Part shown: one piece after another, positions 15,001 to 27,000 of the stretch
Position numbering within the stretch: position 1 is the stretch's first letter
Layout: each line of letters starts with the position of its first letter
Origin: Candidatus Omnitrophota bacterium
Lineage (GTDB): Bacteria; Omnitrophota; Gorgyraeia; Gygaellales; Profunditerraquicolaceae
Reading direction: 5' to 3'
Assembly: GCA_041662125.1 (NCBI GenBank)
Contig: JBAZTA010000002.1
Coordinates: 76,154 to 140,153 of the forward strand
Length of the DNA stretch: 64,000 nt
Notes under the pieces: model-generated
Databases searched by the model: none
The model's input: the letters and a program-made list of their open reading frames with translations, nothing else
Told to the model about the DNA's origin: nothing
Made by a program: the position numbers and the translations under genes

Positions 15001-18000
15001 TAAAGAGGAAACTGTGCGCCGTTTCCGTGAGGCATTAAAGATCATAACCAGGCGTCACCTGGGTGAATCGAGAAAGAACAAAAAAGATTCATATATGATG
15101 CATCCGCTTGATGTGGCGATAATCGCGGCAAACCAATTTGGTATTCGCGACGAGGGTTTATTAGAGATGATTATTTTGGCGGCGCTGCTGCATGACACTA
15201 TCGAAGACGGCGATATCAGTGACGCAGAATTGCGCAAGAGATTTGGTGATGATATTTATGCGATTGTCAACTTGCTCACCAAACGCAAAGTTAACGGTAA
15301 AGCTGACGAAATCGCGTATCTGCGTCAACTCTGTGCTGCTGTTGGAGAATTAGGCTTTATTGCCAGGTTGATCAAGATCGCCGACCGTATTCATAATCTG
15401 CAAACTCTGGCTGGTGTTGAACATGATAAAGATTTTCATCAGAAAACCATGGTTTCGACACTTGCTGTTTTTATACCCGAGGTAATTGATACGCTTGATT
15501 TTTATGCTCTCGCTGACAAAGAGCATGAGCGCGTATTACGGCAGGCTAGAGGAGTTTTCGCGCAGCAGGTTATTGATACGGCAATAGAATTACATTTCTT
15601 GAATCGAAAAGGCGAAGTGAGCTTTAAGAATTTTAAAGAGTCCAGATTAAACGGCGAAACGGGAAAACGTCCGCGTTTAATCGGGAGGGATTTAAAGAAT
15701 CTGTTTAAACGTATGCAGCAATTGGCCTCTTCAATCAAGGCAAGTTCTAGCATCAGCGCAAATCCTGTTGCCTCCCCCATTACAGTTGAAGAAGTCAGGC
15801 GCCTGGTGCGGGAGCATTTGTTGCCGGTTACCGGCGCGCGGCATACCTTAAGCCATGGAGATGATGTTTCTGACCTTGCCGGGTATTTAGCTCAGCATTT
15901 AGGGTTAGCGGAGTGGGAATCGATGATACGGATTGCCAGCCAGCTGCATGATGTCGAGAAGATACATAATAGAGAAGTATTGATGCTGGTTAATTTCCCT
16001 GGCGATTTATCCATGAATCAGCGGTTATTTGTACAGAAATATCATACTACCCCTCCGTTTATGGGAGTTAAGGCAATGGGAATAGAATTAGCGCCTTTTG
16101 TAGAAACTCTGATCGAGTTTCATCACCGCCCTCAGATGTGTAATGGGAATAATGCTATAAATACGGCTGCGCTTTGCCTTTCGTTGGCAGATCTGATCTC
16201 AGCGATGAGCGCTCCCCGGCCTTATTTTTATGTGGGAGGCAATATTGAAGATAGTAACAGTATTCCTGCTTGGCTGCGTGGTTTCTTATCCGCCAAAAAT
16301 ATTGTATTGGAAGCGCGCGTCTGGGAAGCGATCGAAGATATGGTAGTTGATAAAAGAGCCCGGATCCAGCAGATCAACGGGCTGAAGGCTGATGCGGTCG
16401 CTGATACCGCTAAGAGTTGGTTTGTTTGCGGGCAGACCCAAGAGTGCCTTGACGCCCTTGCTGAACAGATCCAAGAGTCTCGTAATCAGCAGAGAATAAA
16501 CCGTTTGTTGACTATACTTGTTGATCCAGTTGTGTCTGCGGTTTTAAGTGATGGAGAAATGAGGGCGCTCTTTGCGAAAGTTTTGTCAGCAGCACATTCA
16601 AAAGGGGAGTTAGTAGTAAATCATATGAGTGTTTTAGCTGCAATCCCCGCAATTCCCCGCCAATTTAAACAAATCTATTCAGAGATCATTTCTCGTAGCT
16701 CCTCCTCACCGCTGGCGTATTTAACAGCGGCAAAAAAATTATTTACTATACCACTTACTATTTTATTTGTAATTCCTTTGACGCTGATTTTTATAATAGC
16801 GAGTATTTTACACGAGTATGTTCACCTTTTAATGGCTAAGATATTTGGCCTGGAGACAGGAAAGGTGAGATTATTTGTGGAAGATTCGAGTTCCAATGTA
16901 GAAGTCATGGTGCAGGGAGCAGAAAACTGGAAACTTGTTTTTATATATTTGGCTGGTCCAGCTATGGATTTATTTTTAGGGGCAGTCTTTTTATTCTTGA
17001 TCTACTTGAACGGTTTTTCCTGGGGATGGCTAAAGATTTATGTTAATGTTGCACTTTTATCAGCAGCGGGGCTTCAAATACAGTCAGTAATTAATAGTCT
17101 TAACCCCAAATATAGCACAGATGAAGGCCTCAAGAGCGACGGTTATTTAGCTTTGGAGTGTATAAGAAATATTAAGGCAGGCAATAAATTTTACGATGGT
17201 GATAATTTTGATAGCTCCTCGCCGCTGACTCATTTCAATTTATCTGAGTTTGCGGATAAGCTATTAAGAAGAATGCGTGGGAAATATATACGAGGGTATA
17301 GGTATTTCTATGAGATTGCAGAAGATAGCCGTAAATGCGGTGCTTTGTGGGTCAATGATTGTAGGGTGGATGCGAATATTGGTAAGGGTGTATATGATTT
17401 TGTTTTTCCCCACCCCTTTGACCAAAATCTTGTAGTAAGGATAAGCAAATCAATTGATCTCTGGCGCCCAGTTTCAAGGAAAAAAGAATTCCAGAGGTTC
17501 CAGCAGTTGGCACGGCTCGGCATCGGGCCGCAAGCCTTCGCCTGGTGGATGCGTGATCAATACTCTTTTATGCTTGTAGAAAGAGTACAGGGCAATTCGC
17601 TGGATAAAATTGTTCAGAAACGGCTTCTTACTCAAGGAGAAATTAACTTTCTTAAGAGACTTTTGGATGTTTTGATTGAAAATAGGATTTATATAAGCGA
17701 CTTTAAACCTGCTAACATTATGTTTACTTCAGAGAAGGCTGTTATCTGTGACGCAATGTGCGCTGAAAACGCCCTTGCAGATGATCGCGCTGCACTCGCA
17801 GAGCGCTATGTTCGTATGATGCGTCCGGATCCATGGATTGACGTTGATCCTGATTTCGAATTAGAGAGGTATTTGCTTTCTTCTTCGCCGCTGGGTGAAG
17901 AAAATAGAACCATCCCCTTTTCTAAAATTGCCTCTTTGAGAGAAAAGGGTTATATCAAGAGAGAAGAAGAAGTCAGATTTCTTGCGGCACAATTAAATTC

Positions 18001-21000
18001 TAAAGATATGGCCACAAGAGAATCTGCAGGCCGCGCCATAATAGATGAGGTACTTGGAGAAGAACATAGCAATTTGCGCCTCAGGGCTTTTAAGATATTA
18101 CTCCCCATTATTGTTCCAAGAGTAATGAAAGCAGGCGCGAGGCTGCCTTGCTGGGAACAGGTCGATCTGCATACTCACACGGTAGAGTCTGACGGTTATT
18201 CTAATCCGGCAGCGGCTATCCTGGAGGCATTTGAGCGCGGTATGAGCGGATTGGCCATTACCGACCATAATACCTTCCCCGAAAACAATGAAGCTTGCAG
18301 GGCGGTTAAAATGCTTAACGATCATCTGCGTTCGTTCGGAAAAATCTTTAACCTTATTCCAGGCTTAGAGATAACCACTTATTTTGAAGGGGTAGTGGTG
18401 CATCTTTTAGTTTATCTGCCAGGGTATTACCGACGCCGTAAAGAATTATTGAAGTTTGCCTCGGCGAAGGCGCTTTTTGATAAGTTTTTACTTCACGATA
18501 GAGAACAAGTAAAGCAAACCAGGAATTTAATGGAAGCGATAAATGAGGCGTATCCTGATTTACAGATGCAGTGGCAGGATGTAGTGGCGGGTAGCCGCGG
18601 GAAAATCTACAAAATTGAGGCTACCAACGCGTTGTTTCGGAAATATCCTGATAAATTTAAAGAATACGGTAAAGCCAAAGATCTCTGGCATAAATGGCTG
18701 CCGTCAGAATTAAGGAAGAAAACAAAGGTAAACGTGGACTATTACGCCTCTTTTGAAGAAGTGATCGCATTCGTCGCGCACACCGGCTCAAAGCTTGCTA
18801 TTGCCCATCCGAATGAAATTCTAAGCGAAGAAAACAAGCTAAACAAAAAGAAAACATTTCCAAGGCTGCTTGAGCATTTGGCCGAATTAGCTAAACGGGA
18901 GATTATCAATCCGAAATCTTTGTTAGGCGTTGCCTATTACAGCGAGAAACTCACGCTTAAGAATTCGTTGCCTGATAAGCAGGTGCGTGGATATGTGTAC
19001 TATCACTACAAAAAAATAGTAAGCCGTTATCCATTCCTCAAGGGCCTATTTTTGCTTTTGCCGGAATCAGACAGCCATGGAAAGCTTTCTACTCCTGCCG
19101 GCAGGGGCAGAGATTATCCGCGTAACAGGCAGGTATACACAGGCAAGGTAATGCAGAGGGTATACCTGCCTGTTCCGACGCGGCTTGCATCTTCAGCGTT
19201 GAAAATTAAAGATATGTTTTTCTCTTTGAAGGGCGCAATACAGTTGACAGAATGGGATGATAATAGAACCGGCCTAGAAAATTATTTAGGCAAGGTTGTA
19301 TTTCCAACCGGCAGATTACATGAGGTGCGTAGTTTAATAGAAGAAAATGTTCCGCTGATTAAGATTGCGGTGGAAGGCACACATTCTCAAGAGCCGATTC
19401 CCTGGCAGGTATTTAACACCTCATTTAGAAAAATTGGAAAGAGCTTCAGCCGTGCGCTCGGATGGCCTCTGCGCCGTAAGATTAATCAATTAGCTCATTC
19501 TAAGATCAACCAGCCGTTATATGTGCTTGATTGGGGAGCCGGCAATCTAAGGGCTGCTGTAAGATTAGGGAAAATGCTCAAAGCAAGAAATGCCTATATC
19601 ATCGGCTTTGGGCAAGATTATGACACGCGACTGATTAAATGTCCTTATGATAACGTAGTGTATATTATTGATTCTGCGCCGAATTTGTTTAGCCGCATAG
19701 AAAAACTTCTGCCCGCAGGCCATACGCTTGATGTAGTTTACAGCTATCTCGGTCTGGGGCATCTGTTATGGAACGATAGAGCCGGTTTCATAGATTATCT
19801 TGAGAAATTAGCAGGATTGCTTTCACCCCATGGAGTGATTGTATTTGATGTATATGGTCAAGAACGAGATGTTTTTCTACCCTGGCGAACCCGCTTGGAG
19901 AAAACGTTTAGGCATTTTGAAGTTTCTGGTGAAGTAAAAAGAATTGTTAATGGGAAGGAATCTGAATATCGAGTGGCATTTTTTGAAAAGGATAGTGCCG
20001 CCGCTGCGCTGGATACAATAGGTCATAATACTGTTAAAGAATCAACAAGCCTTAAGATGTTAAGGTCTCAAGTAAAAGATTCCTTGCCTGTTGGAATACA
20101 AGTAATAGAAAAAAAATACAATGGCGCGAGTTTCCTTGTATCAACATTGAAAGTATTCTTTTCGGCTTTGCGAGGCGGGCACGTAAAGTATATTGTGAGC
20201 ATTTTCGCATTAATGTTAATCTTGCAGGTAAAATGCCCTTCCATTCTGCCTCAAGTGAACAAAAGAGGCGAATTAAGAGAGATAGTGATAAGGCAAGGTG
20301 GCTGGAATTTTGATTTGGCTATTTTTATAACTGGGGTAATTCTTACCTTGCTAAATTTTATGTCAGGTTTAGGGGCGAATATTCTGCCTTTTACTTCCCC
20401 TTATTTGCTGGTGTGGGTACTTAATAAATATTTCAATAAAAAACAAAGAGATAGGCTTCTTATACATGAGTGGTTGCACGCGTATCAAATAATCTTGATA
20501 TATCATGCGGGACGTAATGTGAAAAGATTCATTACTACACATATGGCTGCACTTGAAAACAACACAGCACAATTCGAGTCTGCATTGTTAAGAGACGGTG
20601 TATATATTCCTGAAGTATTACAAAAGTTTGAGAAAGAAATGAAGTCTCTGATTAGGATTTTAAGCGGTCCTGAATATAATCTTGCGACTTCTAAAACCCG
20701 TGCCCCTCATTCCGATAATACAAACCCTGTTTCCTCGCCGCTGACAGTAACAGACGGTTTTGAGGAAATCATTATCCCAGCAGACAGACAAATTCGGGCG
20801 CATATACGCCGGCAGAGAGCAGATGATACAAATGCCGACAAGCCAGTGGTAATTTCTGTCCATGGTTTAGGCTGCGTTATTGACCCAAGAAAGCTTCTTC
20901 GGTATTCTTTTCAGGAATGGCTGGGCTGGAGGCGTCCGTATTACTGGCAGAACCTTACTCATGAACAAGGTTTATTGAAGCGTGCGGCAGAAGAGTTTCA

Positions 21001-24000
21001 CGTTATTGCCTTTGAACATTTTGTGCCTACTTGGGAAAATGCCTTGTTAACGTTTGAAGAAAGGGCTGCGTATCTTACAGATGTCCATCAATACGTTTTA
21101 GATGAATTTAGCATAAAGGGGAAAAGTCTACCGCAGATATGGATGGTTGAGAGTTACGGCGCTGCTGTATTTGTTGAGTGGCTGTTGAAGAATGAGGCTG
21201 TATTAGGCCATAGCGATGGATTGGGCATCGCTCAGATATGTTACATTAATCCTGTTTTTGCTTTGCAAGAGAAAAAACAAAAGTCATTGCGTATAGTGTA
21301 TCCTTTGCATCGTTATATGGCTTGGTTACACGACAAAAAAACTTTTATGCTGGAACAGGTCTATCAAAGGTCTGCCGGGATAAAACCTTATCATGTTATT
21401 TTATCCGAGCGTCTGGAAAACGTAAGCAAGCAAATTACCCTTCCTGAGTCACGAGTGATCGCGCTCTCAGAAGATACTGTCGCTGATTTCAACGCATTAC
21501 CTGATTACTTAGCGCGAAATATCGAATACGTTACCGGAGGAGATCATTACGCTGCCATGACTAATCCTGCGGTGGTAAAAATGGCGCTTAGACATATCGG
21601 CTCTGCCGCCTCGCCGCTGGCGCTTCAGGATAAGCTACCTCTTAAGTCTAGTTATAGCAGTTCGTCAGGAATAAATGGTGGGAATAATATGCAAAATCTT
21701 CCTGAAAAGATTCTTTTAGGAAGACGAGAAGAAATTTTACGCGACATTAGGAGCACACCACTTAAAAAATATATTGGCCATCTTTGGGAGGCCGCCCTAA
21801 GAACCTGGCATGTAAGAATAGAATTTCTCCTTCGTGGAACGAAAGGTTATATATGTCCTTTTAGAATCCTACAACATGCTTTTTACTGGGATGATGGAGC
21901 TGAGATGGTTCTGAGAAGAATGGAAACTTTGGCAACTTTACTTTGTTTATCTGGAGAAGATGCTGAAAAATATATCGAATTTAGAAGATATTATGGTTTT
22001 AACCACGATCTTTTGACTTTGGAAACTACACTCGAAGATTCTTTGGTAGAAATAAAGGGGCTGCAGGATGTATACAAAATGCAGATAAAAGACAAGGATG
22101 GGGTTCAGACTTTATTGTTAGTGGGGATAAATTGCGAGCTTAAAAAAGATAGATATTTTTATTTCACTTGCGCTGATATTGGGTTGAGTGAAGAAAAGAT
22201 ATATCATTTATTCGATTTTTGGAAAGGAAAATATTTAGGAAAAATAGATGGGAAGCAAGGTCAAGCAAACGTTTTAGTAAAGCCATCAGGGTCTTTCTAC
22301 CTTCTCATCAAAGAAGCGATAGAAGATGCTCCGCAGGTGATAGCCAGTTCCAGGGAATTAACCGGGGGAATTCAGGATATTGAAAGCATCCATTGTGACA
22401 AAAACCAACGAGTTCTAAATATACGCTTTAAACAAATAAGAAATCAGAACGGGAGGATTTATTTATATCTACCTGTTGGAATAGAGGTGGCACATTTAGA
22501 GTTTAAAAATATTAAAGGGTGCTATCAGGAATGGAAACAAGGAGAGATACTGCCGATTGTTGTCATTGGGGTAGGAAAGAGAGCGAGAATAACATTACGC
22601 TATACGAATGAGCCAGATTTGGGGGCTATTATTCAACAAAAAATTATGGATATTAATAGTAGATTTGGTGATTTTATAAGAATAAAACAATTTTCAGGGT
22701 TTGATTTCAACCTGAAAAGAGATTGTATGTTTATCAAGAAGTGGCCGCAGGGGCTGCTTGGTGAAGTTCTCGAGCTTTTATCGAGCAGACATACAGATAT
22801 AGACAATATCGCAAAGCAAATCGTGTGGGGATATATTGATCGAATGCTTTCAGGGGAGGACTTATCTGATTTTGAAAAACAGGTGTACGATTCTCAGGTT
22901 TTCGAACATAAGCTAAATAAACAAGCGCGCATTTGGTTAATTACTCACATCAATGCGAAGAGGGCATTAATCGGAATTAAAGAAATATATCCTTGTTCAG
23001 GAGAGATAGCCATGGTTGACGATTTTGGGGGATTTTCAATTCATAGCAGAAGAGAACATTACACTCATTTTTCAATTTGCAGCGCCTATATTCATACTGA
23101 TTTGAATACTAAGCCGGAATGGGATGATATCGAAATGGAGAAATTGATTCCCTGGGACCAAGAGGATGACCGGTATGTGGGGTATGTATTAGTAACTGAT
23201 CACAATAAAGAAGAACAAGGCAAGGCTACAGTTAAATTTGTGTTTAAAACTTCTGACTGCAGAAGATACAATTGGGATATTCATAATGTCAAAATAGACT
23301 TTTATGAATATGTAGAATGGGCGAGTATTCCAAACGGCGATTTAATCCTTGATGTAATACCTAAAAAAATCAGTAGAAACTTGAAGAATCATGAAGCGGA
23401 TCCTCCATTAGATTTGGTACAAACCAGCAGCGAGAAGCGAGCACCGAAAGGCGAACATGCCTCCTCGCCGCTAGAAAAAGTTGAAGCAAGAAATGCAAAA
23501 ATTCCTTCAGTGCATATTGACTTTGAACATAGGACTTGGCGCGTATTTCTAAGAGAGCGGGTACCTCCTGGCCTTGTATGGTTGTGTGTCCAGAACGCTG
23601 ATTTTGGAGGATATGATCTAAGGAATTGCGATTTGTGGAGGGTATATATTAATCCCGTTCTTGAGATAAGAAATTGGCCGAAAATTATCTCAATGGCCCG
23701 TAAAGCCGCTATAGCAGCGGGGGTGCCTTTTGCGTACAAATATCCTTGTTCAATAGAAACTGTGTCAGCCGAAGAAGATGTGTTAGTGAGAGAATTTCTT
23801 AGTGACCAGAGACAAACAAAGATAGTTTTCTATTTTGTGTCTGAAGAGGATGCTTTGAAGTTTATTCAGCGTTTGCAGAAGCAGGATGGCTACAGCGAGA
23901 ATGAGGCCCGGGGGCAGGGTCCTGTCTATAATACCCCGGCGTTAGACCGGCTAGTTTCTTACGGTAAAGGATTTAAAGAAGAGAGATGGAGATTTGAAAA

Positions 24001-27000
24001 GATTATTGCTTGGCGCACAATAGAAAATGCATTTAATGCGATATATAACAGGAAGGACTTGAAGATTGCATCGTTGTGGACTGCCGTAAAAGTAGCCGTT
24101 AATAGATTAACAGGCAGAACAGAGGGGGCGCTGGCAAAACATCTTCCTACTGCAGCAAAGACAATAGATGAAGGCGCCTTGGAAGCATTGTTTGCTTTGA
24201 AAAAGCCCGCTGATATAAATTCTCTTCCTGAGCAATTCGGCCCTGTAAAAGCAGCACTTGAGTTTTTAAGAAATAACCTGCCGCAGGATGTTGAGATTAT
24301 AATCGCCGGCGGTCCGGTGCGCGATTTATTGCTGGGGTTACGTTTTAACAGAGGCGATAACGAAGCGGGGATTAAGGACGTGGATGTAATTTTAAGAAGC
24401 CCTTTAAGGAACGATCGGGAGTTAAGAGCGCTTAAGAGAGAACTTAGCAGAAAAATAGAAAGTGGGCAAGTCAGCGGCGCAGAATTAGTAAATTCCCACA
24501 TCAAGTTTAACGGCTTATATATAGATATACTTAACGTAACTATGGATAAGAAGCATGTTATCGCGTACCAAGGAAAGCCGATGGATGCGCGTATTTCTAT
24601 AAATATATTAGGCATATCTTCGCGCGGAAGATTTATTTATACCCCGCAGGCATTGCGCGATTTGCAGGAGGGGGTAATCAGGTTTGTAGGCCCAGACGGA
24701 CGGGAGATTACCGGCACAAAGGCGCTTTCTGTGCTGATGATTATCCGCGGGTTGATACTGAGGCATCAGTTTGGTTTTGCATTTACTCCATATGCGGCAA
24801 GGATTGCCGCGCGCTATGCTTATGGCAAGGTTTTAGTAAAAGATATGGAATTTAGGGAGGCTACTGATATTTTGCGTGAAATCAAACTCTTCGAACTCGT
24901 CCGCTATACCCGCAGGGTTTATTATTTGAATGGATTACTGCATTCCTTATACAAGAAGGCGTTGGATCCGCTATCGGTTACGAGGGACTTGGAGGCGATG
25001 GGCTTAGTTGGAATATTGCGGCGGTACGTTGATTTCTCCGGCCTTGAAATTCAGAGGATGTCTGGAGTTTCCAGCTCCGCCGCCTCGCCGCTGGTTTTAC
25101 GCATCAATCTTCTCGATGCGTTCAGGAAACAAGCATTTGGGCCGCAAGGCGGTATGGTTGGTATCGCTTCTTGGTTTGGAGATACATTTCATGTGGTAAC
25201 TAATGAAATTTTACATCCTCTGGCTGCTCAAATTGCGTATGAGATAGGCACGCGCGCGCATTCCGATAGACAGTTAGTATATTATGTTAACGCCGGGCAG
25301 GAAAAAGATATAGAGTTTTTGATAAACACTATCGCAAAATACATGGGGATTCATAAATATAATGGATTTGAAATTCACGTCGTAGTTACTAATGTTGATC
25401 CTCGTGGCATAGATAAAGCGAATGCAACATTGCAAAGGCTCAAAGAATGCCATCGTAATCTATTTACATTGGATTATATTGTTTTACCGTTGAATAACAC
25501 ATGTGATAAAAACGTAAATAAGTTCACTACAACCGTAAGAAGTATAGGTGGCTTTAATGGGATTATGTGTAATGTCGGTGGTGATATATGGGCACATGGC
25601 ATTGTTGCTCAGCTGCCTGGCATGCTTAGGCCTGGAGGATGGCTTCAGGTAGATGCCGACCAAAGATTTCTCGCCAAGATGCTTTGGTATTCTGGAAACA
25701 AAGGTGATTTCAGAAAGACGATTATATCCAAAGGGAATACGTTGTATTTAAGGTACCGTGACAATAACGATATTCTTAGCGAGTCTGAGAAAATCGGCGC
25801 TTCGCCGCTGGCGCAAAGACGCGTTGAGAACATTTTACCGGTCAGACGACAAGGGAAAGAGTCCGTATTAATTATCATCCTTGACGACTTTGTAATAGAC
25901 AGAGAAAGGCCTTATCATGTCCCTCACGGCATATTAATAGAAAATTTGTTAATTAGATATTGCGGCAATAATAAGCGTATACAGCTGAAACGGGTGAACT
26001 CCGAGATCTCATTGAATAAAACCATTTCTGTTTCGACATTGCAGCAAATAGAAAATATTGTAAGTGGTAATTCTTACAAATATATACTGGTGAATATATC
26101 CGACTATATGACTTTTGATAATAGCGTTTATTATGATATCCATAAAATAAATGGAATATTGCCTTTTGAATTTGTATTTGAACTGGGAAAAAAAGGCGTG
26201 TTTTTTGTAATGTGCGCGGGAAACGGGAGGCAGAATAGTCCGGGCGGCTATAGATATTACAAGCATGACAGATTGGAAAATGTGATACCCGTGGCTGCTG
26301 CAGAAATAAGCAAGACTGGATATACGAAGGCTTATTACAGTTGCTTTGGTCCTGATGTTATGTTTTGCGCAGATGGCAGCGATAGCCAGAATGCGCAAGG
26401 TACTTGTATCGCGGCGGCAAGAATATCCTTAAAGCTGTCTTCGATATTCACCCGTTGGTCTGTTAGCGAAAAAGAGGGACTGGGAATTATTGAAAGAGAA
26501 TGTATCGCCATGCCAAATGATTTTTATTTTAGACATGGCTTATTAGGCGTCGGATATGTAGAAGCCGCCTCATCGCTGGCGCCAGAAGAACGGATAAATC
26601 AACTACTCTATAGCAAGGGTATAGAAACTATTTTCGAGAAGCATAAATCAAAAAGCCCAGCATTAAATATCGAAGAATGGAAGCGAAATTTAGCAAACTT
26701 CTTGACACTTGGTTTTAAGCCGATGACTGAAATGTTTGATGGCATAGATCAGCGCAGTGATAAGGAGAAGATAACGTTCCTGCGGCAGATGATACAAGAA
26801 ATGAAAGAAGGACAATGCCGCTGCAGGCAGTTAGACGGTTTAGAATTAGAACATCTTTTTTTGCTGGAGCAACCAATTGATATAGACGCGGTATTGAGCG
26901 TACATGGTTATCTCTTAGGTAAAAGAATAATGTTTTTAACAGATCATGAGTATTTCGAGAAATATCGCAAGTTTTATGAGGAAGATGAATATATGCGTGA

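Noticed and set aside
23959-24615. Longest - strand ORF in the track (218 aa). Other - strand ORFs of 60-162 aa include 7143-7631, 11890-12285, 14000-14395, 26009-26398, 33202-33618 and 50725-51117.
   Set aside because: All lie antisense to the continuous + strand reading frame. Their translations are low-complexity Ser/Leu/Arg-rich strings typical of shadow ORFs, none has recognisable motifs, and they are scattered rather than arranged like genes.
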